From Octopus vulgaris (Eukaryota), in assembly GCA_951406725.2 (NCBI GenBank), contig OX597815.1, forward strand, positions 79,484,001 through 79,548,000: a stretch of DNA of 64,000 nt. The letters run 5' to 3'. Under the pieces are notes generated by a model. That model searched no databases, had not been told where the DNA came from, and saw nothing but the letters and a program-made list of their open reading frames with translations. The first letter of the stretch is position 1. Each line of letters opens with the position of its first letter. The translations under genes were made by a program, and so were the position numbers. Below, piece after piece: positions 1 through 13,322 of the stretch.

Positions 1-145
1 GTAGTAAGAAGCTTGCTTCCTAACCATATAGTTCTGGGTTCAGTTCCACTGTGTGGCACCTTGGGCAAATGTCTTCTGCTATAGCCTCGGGCTGACCGTA
101 GCCTTGTAAGTGGATTTAGTAGATGGAAACTGAAAGAAGCCCATC

Positions 146-203
<58 letters not shown>

Positions 204-383
204 TTGTCCTCTCACCATCGCTTGACATACGATGTTGGTGTGTTTGTATATACGTCCCCGTAACTTAGTGGTTTGGTAAAAGAGACCAATAGAATAAGTC
301 CTAGGGTTGATTTGTTCAACTAAAGGCAGTACTCCAGCATGGTCGCAGTCAAATGACTGAAACAAGTGGAAGAATAAAAGAAT
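1..383 (+). mobile_element. tRNA-derived SINE, family A (head + core + internal TA/TG microsatellite + 3' tail)
   Basis: Box-B-like gggttcagttcc, core ccttgtaagtggatttagtagatggaaactgaaagaagccc and tail gcagtcaaatgactgaaacaagt. The same modules recur more than 10 times in the window. Confidence 0.85.
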
Positions 384-1137
384 GTATGTATACATATATG
401 TATATATTTTTTTAATATACATACATATGCATATATGTATGTGTTGGTTTTTCCAAAAGGGAGAAGTATTCAATGTTATAACAGTGCTTTAGTTTATTTA
501 GGCTGATCCATAGCCTGGTTACTCTGGAGTTACTCCAGTGTTGTCAGTTCCTAGTCCAGTCTATTTCTGTCTAAAGAACAGGCAGTAAATCAAGGAAACT
601 TCAGAATGACAGGCTACTGGTTCACCCTAATATAGAAACTAACATACATACAAACAGACAAACCACACACACACACACATGTTATGAAATTTGTTTGTTT
701 TGACTGAGACTTCAGATTTTGCCCAATGGCCTATGTAAGTAGATTGGTTGAATAAACTATCAGGCAAAATCTTTTAGTCCCAGTCAAAACAAATTTTATA
801 AATTTGTCTCTACTTTCACTTTCGAACATCTCTATCAGTAAACATTCTGTTGTTATTCTTAAACTTGCTTTAAGATAATAATCTTAACCCCTAACACACA
901 CATGCACACATACACTCACACATGCATACATAATATACATACTGTTATATCATATTCATACATATCTACATAATTATGCTATATACACACATGCATAGAT
1001 ATAAACACATAAATGCATAATAAATACATACATACATGTCAATAGAAAGAGGATGTCTATGGATCAATAGAATAAGTACCAGACATTAAAAAGATGAGTC
1101 CTAGGGTTGATTTATTTGACTAAAACCCTTCAAGATG

Positions 1138-1310
1138 GTGCCCATTATCATTGGACTATCAGGTTATATACTAATCCATCTGGAGCAAACTATGGCTGAA
1201 CTTGGAATATTGGGGAGAGAATGCAAATTCTTACTTCATACACTACAAATCAAATGATCACACTATATGGGACTATAAGAATCTGCAAGACCTTCTTAAG
1301 ATTTAAAGGA
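1138..1310 (+). mobile_element. Decayed C-terminal fragment of an R4/Dong-type (RLE) non-LTR retrotransposon
   Basis: Translates as VPIIIGLSGYI...ELG...LQIK and, after a frameshift, GTIRICKTFLRF. This parallels the C-terminus of the RLE elements at 51.8 kb and 61.8 kb. Confidence 0.55.
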
Positions 1311-3816
1311 CGGTGGTTAAATTAGGATACTTTCCTTCACAGCGTTGCTACGAAGTCAGTGGCCTATCAAAATTTTTTTCTGAATTAAAAAGAGAAAGTG
1401 AAGATATATAGAACACAGTCAGCTCATGTTACTATTAATTTCAGAATCACTAAAGGCACAAGAATTCATCAGACAAGGCTGACTTTACACCGGAATCACT
1501 CAATGATAGCAGAATTAAAGTAGCCCCTACTTTGTGTGATGAGCATTCTCAAAAACAAAAATATAAATATTATATTTTTAATGCGATTTCAGCACACAAT
1601 CTCAGATCAAAACACTTGCTATGCAAGTACATGTATAATTCTAAACTTAACTTTAAATTTGATGAAAGGTGGATTACTTGTGAAAAACTCTCAAAATGAT
1701 TCATGTCTCTTGATACTTGACCTATTGAATTATAATTACATATGATTTCAGAGGCAATGTATAAGATGAAATACAGTTTTAGAGATTGATAATAGTCTCA
1801 TCTCAGAAAGCAGGGTGAGGTGAAAAGTAAGAAAAGAAAAAAAAAAACATGAGAGAGAAAAAGAATTAGAGGTATGAAGGCAAGTAAAAAAAAGAGAAAT
1901 ACTTTTTTTAAACCATTCAATGGAAGTTCTGCATTTCAGCTCTTGTCACCCAGATCTCAATGAATACTCTGTCTTATTTAGGGTGGCTTTGACCAATGTT
2001 ATAAAATGAAATTTTCATCCTATTAGCGACCATTGATCACTCTTTATTTAGTCAAAGCCGTGGCTCTCCCAGCTCCCAATCCTCCTCCTCCAGTTTCTGC
2101 ATTGCATATCAGGATATACTTCTCTGGCAATTCTTCCCATTTCATTCAATCTTCATTTGATCTTTAACCATAAGTCCTTGCTTCTTTTTCCTTCGCTCAT
2201 CCCTATTATATGATGACATCCCCTCCCTTTTTCCAACTGCAAAAAGACCTACCACTCTCTCTCATGATTCTTCTCTATCTCCATCATTCCATCTCTCTCT
2301 TTATATCCTCTTTCTCACCATTCATTCCATGGGTGGGTTAGACAGTAATGGCAGGGGGTAATGGAAGAAAGATAGTAATGGCAACTACATGTTTGCCTAT
2401 GTGAGAGAGAGATTGATCGATAAGGGAGGTTGTAGCAGGGGATTGAATACAGTCAGGTCCAACAACATTTTCTTGCATGGTTAGGGGATAGAAAGGACAA
2501 TGAGCATCAGGAAGATGAAATGGTCAGACAGATCCAATGCCATCCCTAGTTACACAGCTGGCATTGTGATGGACAGGAGTGGCCCCACTGCTCTCCCCAC
2601 AAGTCACATAGGCAACATGGTACAGTGTCTGGGTGAGAGGGAGAGGGAAGTGTGAGTAATAGAGAAGTAAAAGATAGAGAAAGAGCATCATATAAACAAG
2701 CACCAACAGATGGTGGTGAAGCGCCTGCAGGTAGATATACTATACGCCATAGCCTTCACTACTACCATCATTTTACCAGTGATTGCACTATGTTTGCACA
2801 GCTACCACCCTTTTAACATTGGTTTCAGCATACTTGTAGAGGCGGACAAGCCTTCTCAAGTGTGTGTGTGTGTATGTGTGCATATGTACATATGTATCTT
2901 TGCATGTGTTTGTACACACATGTATCATGTATATATGTATGTGTGTGCATATTTGTTATAAAATACTTAATGTTAACTACTATATGAGAATTATCAACAA
3001 TTATTGTGTAAAGTAATATTTAAAAGATTTCTTGAAATTAAAATAATGCTATCTTAAATGGATAATATCTTTTATAACATATTTTAGAAAATCATTTCTG
3101 CATAGAAATAGGTTATTTTTATTACGGAAACACAAAATTAACTTTCATATCAGTAAAAGCAATTAAGATAGGAAAAATAATAGAATAGGATAACTACTTG
3201 ATAATGATACAGAATTTCAATTTGTTGAAAATTCTCATAAATATAAGATATTAAAAAATGTAGCTAAATTTCTTTAGCTAACAGGGGTATGAACTAATAT
3301 TATATTACAATTTTAATTTATAGAATTTTAAATGATAGTCATAAGCTGGTTCATTTACAAACAAGAAATAGCTTAAATACATGTATTTCATTTCAATTTA
3401 AATAATGGTCTCTCTTTCGCTCACTCTACATACATATGTACATATACATACATTCATACATACGTACTTGTGTATGTATGTGTGTGTGTGTGTTTGTAGT
3501 ATATTTATGTTATCACTTTATCTACCAATCAACTTCTTGGTCACAATGTTTTGAGCACATGGACATACAACAGATTGGTGAGAGTCTGTAATGAAGAGAG
3601 GTCTCATGAGGTAGAAAGCATCTATCATACCATGTAAAACGGTTGCTGCTAGAAAGAGTATCCAACCAAAGAAATCAAAACCAAAAAATAAAACATAAAA
3701 ACAAGCTGCAACCCTCTGAATCGTCTTGACAGGCAGTGGTCTTGGATGTGAATTGACTTGGTGACCCACCCAACTACAGCAAGAAAAGAAAGCAATTGTG
3801 AAATGATGATGATGAT

Positions 3817-5030
3817 GATCATCATCATCATCGTTTAACGTCCGTTTTCCGCGCTAGCACGGGTTGGACAGTTCGACCGGGGTCAGGGGAGCAAGGGGCT
3901 GCTCCAGGCTCCAGTCTGATCTAGCAGTGTTTCTACAGCTGAATGCCCTTCCTAACGCCAACCACTCCGCGAGTGTAGTGGGTGCTTTTTACGTGCCACC
4001 TGCACAGGTGCCAGAGGGGTCTGGCATCGGCCACGATCGGTTGGTGCTTTTTATGTGCCACCGGCACAGAAGCCAGTTGAGGCGGTGCTGGCATCGGCCA
4101 TGTTCGGATGGTGCTTTTTATGTGCCACCGGCACAGAAGCCATTCGAGGCGGTGCTGGCATCGGTCACATTCGGATGGTGCTTTTTATGTGCCACCGGCA
4201 CAGAAGCCAGTCGAGGCGGCACTGGCAACGGCCACGTTCGGATGGTGCTTTTTATGTGTCACCGGCACAGGTATCACAACTACTGTTTCCATTGATATTT
4301 GGTTCGATGTTCATGTACATGCACTTGCCTCAACAGGTCTCCTCAAGCACAGCGAGATGTTCCGGGATCCAAGGTACTTTGAATGAGCAGGGGGTATGCG
4401 GGACTGGTGCCGGAAGCATCCCGGGTCTTAGTAGTCACAACACATCTCCAGAGATCTCGGTCCTTCGCCATTGCCTCAGTGAGGCCCAACGCTCTGAGGT
4501 CATGCTTGACTACCTCATCCCATGTCTTCCTGGGTCTACCTCTCCCCCTGATTCCTTCAACTGTTCGGGAGTGGCACTTCTTCACACATCTCTCCTCATC
4601 CATCTGCAGTACATGACCATACCATCGCAAGCGTCGCTCTTGCACACCACATCTGATGCTTCTTATGCCTAGCATTTCTCTCAGGGTGCTTACACTCTGT
4701 CGTGCATTCACACTGACATTACACATCCAGCGGATCATGCTAGCTTCATTTCTTTCAAGTCTACGCATGTCCTCTGCAATCACAGCCCATGTTTCACTGC
4801 TGTGAAGCATGGCAGTTTGCACACATGCATCATACAATCTACCTTTCACTCTGAGTGAGAGACCCTTTGTTGCCAGTAGGGGTAGGAGCTTTCTAAACTT
4901 TGCCCAGGCTATTCGTATTCTAGTGGTGACACTCTCTGAGCATCCACCCCCACTACTAACTTGGTCACCCAGGTAGCGGAAACTATCAACTACTTCTAGT
5001 TTCTCCCCCCTGGAGTGTGATGGAATCTGT
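3817..5030 (-). mobile_element. 5'-truncated RTE-clade LINE (C-terminal ORF, structured 3' UTR, (GAT)n tail)
   Basis: ORF 4343-4849 reads KGRLYDACVQTAMLHSSETW...RRLRWYGHV...GRGRPRKTW...DRDLWR, a typical RTE C-terminus. The minus strand ends in cggacgttaaacgatgatgat. Confidence 0.9.
3980..4272. repeat. ~67-bp tandem repeat (4 full copies + 1 partial) in the RTE 3' UTR
   Basis: Each unit starts ggtgctttttaygtgccaccggcacag and is followed by a gccag...ctggc hairpin with a variable loop. Confidence 0.9.
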
Positions 5031-5571
5031 TTTAATAAATATTCACTCTACTTCATCATGCATTGGGTCCATTTTTTTCTTCATTTTTTTGAGTCAAAAT
5101 CTACTAAGATATTTTTCTATTAAAACTACAATATTAAATTACTATCAGCACACAATTCAGCAAGAATCAAAATATTGATGTAGATATTCATTCTTAATGT
5201 ATTCCAGCAAATTTGAATGTGAATATTACCATTCATTGCTGTATTTTCCCTTTGAAGGACAACTTCTCTCTTTAAATGATGTGCATTGACATTACACACA
5301 GTTCAGTGATGGAGGTGACTCTAAAACACCATGTTTCAACATGATTGTGTCTCTTTAGCAAAAGCTATCTCTGGAACTCTAAATCTAAACAAGAATGGTC
5401 TTCCTTGTTGATGGAATGATGTCGATGATGATCATTATAATCATGATTATCAGCATCATTTTTACATCTGCTTTCCCTGTTTACATCATCTTTCCATGTT
5501 GGCATGGAATGGGTGTATTGTAACAATCTAAGTTCTTATTTGATGGGCAGGAACTCTGAATATATATATAT

Positions 5572-5895
5572 CGTCATCGTCATCATCATCATCATCATCA
5601 TCGTCATAATCATTGTTTAACATCCATCTTCCACACATGCATGGGTAGGACAGTTGACAGGAGCCGGCCAGGTAGAAAAGTACTTTAGGTTACTGTGTCT
5701 GTTTTGGCAGGGATTTTACTACTGGATGCCCTTCCTAACACCAACCACTCTGCAGAATGGACTCAGTGCTTTTTATGTGGCACTAACACAAGCAAGGTTA
5801 GATTTGGCATGATTTTTACAGTTGGATGCCCTTCCAGATGCCATCCACTTTACAGTGTGGACTGCATGCTTTTTATGTGGCACCAGCACAGGCAG
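5572..5895 (-). mobile_element. RTE 3'-end fragment
   Basis: (CAT)n tract plus ggatgcccttcctaacaccaaccactc, shared with the element at 3817-5030. Confidence 0.7.
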
Positions 5896-6175
5896 GATAA
5901 CCAAGTAAGTCACAAGACAAGGAATTATGAGAGAGGCAGGGGCGTTTGAGGAGTGGAACTTGAGGATGAAAGGTTAGAATTATAGAGAGAGAGAGATTAT
6001 AATATTCACTAGAATCTAGGCACATCAACACATAGGACACCAGGACAAGCTAGGTACCATAACATTGAGCTCATAGTAAGGTAAAAACAACCATTAGGTG
6101 TCATATGTTAGTAATGTACTGCAAACAATATAAACCAGAGATCCAACTCAGGGTTGGTTCCAGGTGTGGCATGGG

Positions 6176-6522
6176 TATAAAAAGAATATCACAAATGGGG
6201 TTTAACATTTACAACAGCTATTTTGGTAGTATTTTGTTGGTGCATTCATAGATGATGTCATAGCATAAATCCACCATCCTCAGATAAAATTCTAAACATG
6301 TATAAACATTGAGGGTGGTCTAGTCAACAACCAACTTCTTTTTAAAAGATTACTTATTCATCATGCTGACTGCTGAATAAGTCACCATCAATGCTTATAC
6401 TTGTTTAAAATTTTACCTGAAGAAGGTAGATTTATGCTATGATGTAATATATTAATGCATCAACAAAATTCAACTGAAACAGCTGTAGTAAACTTTAAAC
6501 CCTATTTGTGTTATTCTATATA
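6176..6522. mobile_element. Palindromic mini-element with ~145-bp inverted arms, each carrying a hammerhead-like motif
   Basis: 6176-6320 is an imperfect reverse complement of 6380-6522. The right arm has CTGAAGA...GAAAC-AGCT-GTA. Confidence 0.75.
6403..6500 (+). ncRNA. Minimal type I hammerhead ribozyme-like motif
   Basis: Stem I gtttaaaattttac/gtaaactttaaac, core CTGAAGA at 6417, long imperfect stem II, GAAAC at 6476, palindromic loop AGCT and a GTA triplet. Confidence 0.65.
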
Positions 6523-8354
6523 TATATTGCAATTAAAAAGTAAAATGTCTTGACTAGACACAATCAAAAAAGTAAACTTTTATTCCCAGTTGAATTTGTT
6601 TTATAACTTTCATTATAATCAATAAACTAAATATTTGAATTTATAGATACTGTTAACATTGTGGATAATTTTAAACAATAATTAACAGTGATTCGAATTT
6701 AGACAAAATCGATCTTCAAACTACTATATTCTGTAAGCTGTTTAATTAATTTATTGGAATTTATTCAAATTCTATTTGATCAATATTTTGCCATGAACAA
6801 ATAATAATGGATTTTTACTGTAGATAAAGTTCTTTCACACTTTTCTTTTATAGAAATGTTAAAATGTGAGAAATTATTATTGATTATATATGTGAGAAAT
6901 TACTATTATTGGATTTTTTTTGTTTTCCTTTTTTGATTTCTTGATAAAGTTTTCTCAAAGTGAATATGTAAGAAGAAAGGACAATCAAGAAACTTATTAT
7001 ATAGCAACCAATCTGGTTAAAACACAAAAAATAACAGGATTTGTGAAGTAGATATAGAGAAATTTAATCTAGTGGAGAACTTGTAGCATAATGCTTTCCA
7101 TCAGCAACAATCAGCTACCAACACTAAATGCAATATAGTAGTCCAACCAAATGTAATTGAGAAACTACAGTATATTCTACCTTTTATATGTGATACAGAA
7201 TAGACTTCTGTATTATTGTGGATTTTGTAAAGACACTGAAGAATGGCTTCTTCCAAACACTCCTAATATGTACAAGTATTGGGTGAGAATGAGAAATACA
7301 ATAAACAGTGATTTTGAACTCAAAGAAACATTATAGATTTGGAAATTCAATGATTATGAGAAATACAATAAACAGTGATTTTGAACTCAAAGAAACATTA
7401 GAGAAGATGCTTTTGAGAGAAAGTTGGCTGATGGTGAAACTAGTGAAAGGAAATGATTATATTTAAGATGTATATGGCTGTATGGTAAGCAGCCTGCTTC
7501 CCAAGTACATGGTTCCAGGTTCAGTTCCACATCTTTTACTACAGCCTTGGGCTAACCAAAGCCTTGTGAGTAGCTTTGGTAGATGGAAACTGAAAGCTCA
7601 TTGTATATGTGTGTCTGTGTCTGTGTTTGTACCCCACCACCACTTGACAATCATTGCTGGTGTGTTTAAGTCCCCATAACAGATATTTCCAATGACCCTG
7701 GCAAATTAAGGTTTTAATGACTGGGTCAATGCTAGTGAAAGTAGTGAGAGAACATGAAACATCAAATGGCATTATGTATGTGTTGTAAGTACTTTTGCTC
7801 AGCAAACCATTATTCATAGACACTTTGGTACATAGATGCAAACGGAAATTGATAAACAAAATAAATATTGGAAAAAGAACCTACCCTTAAGGACTTATGC
7901 ACTGGAACTCTACAATATTTCCTCTGCTCATCTATTCTTCCTCCTTCACATCACTGCTCTTTAGTTATCTGGCTACCAAGTTTAAAATACTTATCATCAC
8001 CCAGGTCCCAGTGCATTTATTAATCTAGTCAAAGTTAAGTTTGTTGGCATGAATAAACAGGGGATTTTAATATACAACCACATGATACCTTAATCTTAAA
8101 ATTTAAATATCCATCTTCATTATTCATTTCCTATTAACTTTTGATATATGTATGTGTGTAGGAGCTATGTAATCATAGAATACATATGTGTATACATATG
8201 CACATACTCACACATATATGGAATAAAATAAAGAAGAAACTAGGAAGGCCATAGTTTCAAATGATTACTCAAAACAGTTGAGAGCTATTAATATTTTACA
8301 TAGTGTCTTAACTGCAACAAACTACTTGAAGTTTCAAGTTGAGAGGAAGATATC

Positions 8355-8429
8355 TGGCCCAGCTTAGCTCAGGTTTGTTTCTTGATGATTGTATTGTAAG
8401 ATGGTAACAGCTTGAGCTAAGCAGGGCCA
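8355..8429. other. 75-nt near-perfect hairpin (pre-miRNA-like)
   Basis: tggcccagcttagctcaggt pairs with gcttgagctaagcagggcca (1 mismatch, 2 G-U pairs), and pairing continues toward the loop. Confidence 0.45.
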
Positions 8430-9324
8430 CAGAAAGTCACTCAATGATCTCTACAGATCATGGCACACTTTCACAACATAATCATTAGCTGCTTTAATGC
8501 AAAGTGCTTAAATGCAGGATATGTTTTTCCTGATCTGAAACACTGATAACACTCATGGTATTATGTCATATGATTCAGAATAACATGTTTTTCTGAGGCA
8601 TGTTACATTAGATAGGCATGACACATTAGATAAGTTCCAAAAAAATTTCCTTGTTTGATTCAGAACTTTATACTAGCCCATTACTTCTCCAAATCTTTCC
8701 TTGTTAAACTAATGACAAATTGCCAAGAGCACTAACCATATATTCATACTAGCACATGCAGAACAATGACTAATTGATACAGAACAATGTGGCTGTAGTT
8801 AGACTGAAGGTCAGTTCTCCACCCACACACACACAAATACAAATTTAGCATGAAAGTAGGAATTCATCAATGCTCAGACCCCAAGCCCTTTCCTTCCTTC
8901 ATAGTCCTACAAATAATCATAGAGGAGTTTAAGAGTGGCTATCCATAGGAACTTATATATATATATTGATGACCTGGTTCTTATAAGCTGAATCTTTAGA
9001 GGAATTAGAAAATATTCCAGGCATAGAAGCTAAACCAAGGATCAAGAAACCTAAAGGTAAACTTAGCAAAGGCTAAGGTGTTGGTTAGAATGAAAGAAGA
9101 CAGGACTCCAGAAATGACCTTGCTCAATATACAGAAAAGAATTAAGTTATAACTTCCATATGTGGTGCCCAGTGAGATGACTTAGCTATTCCATGCTAGC
9201 ATAGAGAGTAGGCATAAAATGATGATGATGATATACACATACATATATGTGTGTGTGAGTATATTATATACTGGCAAACACATACCCATGTATATATGTA
9301 TATATATATATATGTATATATATA

Positions 9325-9382
<58 letters not shown>

Positions 9383-9383
<1 letters not shown>

Positions 9384-9785
9384 GGCACAGGAGTAGCTGT
9401 GTGGTAAGTAGCTTGCTTACCAACCACATAGTTCAGGATTCAGTCTCACTGCATGGCACCTTGGGCAAATGTCTTCTACTATAGCCCCGGGATGACCAAA
9501 GCATTGTGAGTGGATTTGGTAGACGGAAACTGAAAGAATCTTGTCTCACACACAGACATATATATATATATATGTGTGTGGGTGTATGTTTGTGTGTCTG
9601 TGTTTGTCCCCCACTCCCATCACTTGACAACCAATGCTGGTGTGTTTACATCCCCTGTTACATTAGTGGTTTGGCAAAATGGACTGAGAGAATAAGTACT
9701 AGGCTTACAAAGAATGAGTCCTGGGATTGATTTGTTCAACTAAAGGCAGTGCTCCAGCATGACTGAGACAAGTAAAAGAAAAGAA
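9383..9785 (+). mobile_element. SINE family A, full length
   Basis: Head ggcacaggagtagctgtgtggtaagtagcttg, then core, TA/TG tract and tail gactgagacaagtaaaagaa. Confidence 0.85.
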
Positions 9786-10267
9786 TATATATATAAATAT
9801 ATACATATAAGTGCAGAGATGTCGACATAATTAAGAAATTTGTTTTGCAGCTATGGAATTTTGAATTCAGGCATCTTGAGCAAGTGATGTATACCATAGC
9901 CCTGAGTCAACATGTGTGCATGTGTGTGTGCACGCATGCATGTGTGTAATTAATATATATGTAATTTGTTTTATCTTCCTTTGATTTGAAAGGGAAGGCA
10001 GTGCCCATGACTTTTCAAGGAGCCTTCAAGACTAGCAAGAAGAAGAAAAGTATCCTTAGACTAGAGACCTGGCCAGAATATTTGCAACAGTGTGCAATTC
10101 ATTACTGGCATCCAAAGTGTTCGGTGGTCCTGTTAACTGGGCAACAAATTAAGTCCAATAATCCACAGTAGGATTTGAACTCAAAATATAAAAATATAAA
10201 GAGCCAGAACAAATATAGCAAAGCATTTTTTGACATTCTTACAGGTCTGCCAGTCATTTTTAATATT

Positions 10268-10481
10268 CTTTTCTAGTCTAGGCACAAGGTCCGAAATCTT
10301 TGGGGAGGGGGCCAGTTGATTAGATTGACCCTAGTATGCAACTGGTACTTAATTTATCAACCCCAAAAGGATGAAAGGCAAAGTTGACCTTGGCGGAATT
10401 TGAACTCAGTACGTAAAGAGAAGACGAAATACCACTAAGCATTTCACCTGGCATACTAACGTTTCTGCCAGCTTGCCGCCC
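10268..10481 (-). mobile_element. tRNA-derived SINE, family B
   Basis: The minus strand begins ggcggcaagctggcagaaacgttag with box B gagttcaaattcc. Homologous copies lie near 21418, 34085, 36490, 37771, 46690, 50076 and 61385. Confidence 0.8.
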
Positions 10482-10599
10482 TTGTCATTTTTAATAGTGC
10501 TCTCACACCCAACAAAGTTGAAAGGCTAAATTGACTTCAGTGAGATTTTAAACTAAAAAAGTTGTGTCAGAACAACTACTGCATGATATTCTATCCATC

Positions 10600-11710
10600 T
10601 CTCTAATTACCCTACCAACTAGATACCTTATGAATACTATGAAACACCTGCTTTCAAATATTTCCCCCTAATCTATTGAACAATGAACAACTTGGCCATG
10701 CTTTCAATGAAGGCTGTAAACAAATGATACCAATTCTACTAATGGTGACCTTTGCTTATAGTCAACATGCACATGTTGAGACAAGTTAAAGAAATATTCA
10801 CTCATACAAACATATATGACACAGAGCATTTAGATTCTCTTCAAATGAAACAACAGATAAAGAAATCCACAAAATAAAAAAAACACAAACAAACATATAT
10901 TGACTATAGCTTTTGTAACAGACCAAGCAATGGAAAACGCAGGATGACATTCTATGCAACAAATACACTAATTAAAAATGCATGAACCACACAAAGTGCA
11001 TTATAAGAATCAAATGTATATCACCTACAGACTGGATAAACACATTATCAAAGATTTTATAAAACACAACATTACACTAAACCATAAACCAATACTAATA
11101 TATTATAAAAGCATTAAATTAACCTATTTATAAGCAACAAAGCTCAGGCATGTAAAACCATGAACAAGATTCAAGTGAACAGAGTGGTTAATAAATTCAA
11201 TTACAAATGTGGAGGTTGTAAAGTTTATGACTGAAAGGTATAATAGCCATACAAGTATGAAGCTCTCTTTCCAATACACCATGCACTTTCAGTAAGAAGT
11301 AATTGCAATGCACTGCACCACCAACACAATATAACTCAACAGGAAAACATTAGTCAACAACATGTCCATACTCTAACAGAAATATATATTTAATAATGGA
11401 AGCAATACATAGTGCTAACATATACATGCAACTACAAGAATCACAAACAAAAATCTATACCTGACTCTATAAATCTAACAATCATAATTCAAATTCTGTT
11501 GGTAATGTCTATATCAGTCATATTGTCCTGTCTATTTTAAAGAAGTAGCAATATATTCAAACATCACTTCATCCTGAAGATGAGACTATGAAAAGCTAGA
11601 AATGCTGAAGATGGATTTCATAACATTATTACTTCAAAGGGAGTTCAAAAATCTCATATTATATTATGAAACACCTTGATAAAATAAGATAAAACTAAAA
11701 CATTGATGTT
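10600..11710 (+). mobile_element. Highly decayed Penelope-like element remnant (tentative)
   Basis: Strong A/C skew like the element at 28-31 kb, faint VTF- and AMG-like remnants, and a terminal catcCTGAAGA...GAAA...gatg motif near 11570-11614. Confidence 0.35.
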
Positions 11711-11739
11711 TTGATTTTATCATTTGTATGGCTCATATA

Positions 11740-13322
11740 TATCATCATCATAACCATTTAGTGTCTGCTTTCCATGTTAGCATGGGTTAGATGGTTTGAC
11801 TGAAACTGGTAAGCCAGAGAGCTGCACCAAGTTCTGATTTGACATGGTTTCCATGACTGTAAGCCCTTCCAACACCAACCACTCTGAGAGTGTATTGGGT
11901 GCCTTTTACATACCACTGGCTTGGGTGCTTTTATGTACCAGTTACATGATATTGGCACCTGCTATGACTACGATTTCACTTGAGTTGACATGTCTTCTCA
12001 ACACAGCATATCACCAAAGGTCTTGGTCACTTCCGTGAGGCCCAACTTTTGAAAATCATGTTTCACCACTTCATCCCATGTTTTCCTGGGTCTACCTTTT
12101 CCCATAAGTTCCCTACACAGTTAGAGATTGATACTTCTTTACACAGCTGTCCTGGTCCATACACATCACATGACCATACCAGTGCAGTCATCTCTCTTGC
12201 ACACATCTGATGCCTCTTCTGTCCAGCTTCTTCCAAGAAGCTTACTCTCTATCATACATGCACACTGACATTGCACACCCAGTGAAGCATACTAGCTGCT
12301 TTTCTTTCAAGCCTACACATGTCCTCAGTGGTCACAGCCCATGTTTCATTGCCATGTAGCATGGCTGTTCACACACAAGCATCGTACAATCTGCCCTTCA
12401 CTCAGAGGGAGATGCCCTTAGTTACCAATGGAAGCAGGAGCTCTCTGAACTTTGCCCAGCCTATTCTTATTCTAGCAGCTACGTTCTTGGAGCAGCTACC
12501 TCTACAACTGACTTGGTCACCTAGATAACAGAAGCTATCAACTACTTCTAGCTTTCCCTACTGGCATTTGATGGAGTCTATTTTCTGTACATTCTTAGTG
12601 TTAATTGTACCTGTGCACCTGCCACACTCGAAGACCATTTTTCCTGTTAACCTTCCTCTGATATTGCTATACTTCTTATGTGTCCCTACCTTAGACTGGG
12701 TACATCTTAGGAGTTTCTACCTATGTCTTTTCTACATATTGAGCAGGGCCATCTATCTGAAGGGATCTGTGATTTGTCTGCTTTCCTACAGAGGCAAGAT
12801 GGCCAAATCTGGTGGCACATGAAAAGTACCTTTTGAGTATTGGGGCTCAGGGAGCCAATGACAAATGATCAAAACCTTTGGCATTAAGCATGCTTGAGAA
12901 AAAGACCAATCAAGCCAAGTGAAATCATAGCCATGGCAGATACTGGTGTCACCCAAATGGTACCCATGCCAGTGGCATGTAAAAGCACCCATTATATGTA
13001 AAGTTGGACTAGAGTCTGGAACAGCCTTCCAGCCCTGGTCAAACTGTTCAACCCATGTCAGCATAGACAATGGACACTAAATGATAATAAGATGGTTTTT
13101 GCTAAATTATCTCTAAGGCCCATTGATTCTAGACCATGCTTCCACACCTGAAATTTCTTCTCTAGTTCTGGTAGTGATTCGGCTATAAAAACAAGTTCAA
13201 CAGCATAGATAAGCTCCTAGGGGCAGCCCGATTTAAATTCCTCTGTTATTGCATGGAGGACTACAATGAACAAGAGTGGGGTGAGGATTGATCCTTGGTA
13301 AACTCCTACTTGTACCCTGAAT
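11740..13322 (-). mobile_element. Decayed RTE LINE, with an opposite-strand RTE 3' fragment at ~12787-13092
   Basis: 12040-12570 aligns by eye with 4480-5010. An RT QG-motif region (caaggatcaatcctcaccccactcttgttc) is present on the minus strand near 13270-13298. Confidence 0.75.

Noticed and set aside
3980-4272. CRISPR-like repeat/spacer appearance
   Set aside because: The spacers are homologous to each other, the array sits in an RTE 3' UTR in eukaryotic DNA, and there are no cas genes.
3864-4672. Plus-strand ORFs of 143 and 205 aa with repeated Cys/His motifs
   Set aside because: Antisense read-through of the RTE 3' UTR tandem repeats.
7289-7400. 45-bp exact direct repeat with a 22-bp spacer
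   Set aside because: Only two copies in AT-rich decayed sequence; best explained as a local duplication rather than an array.
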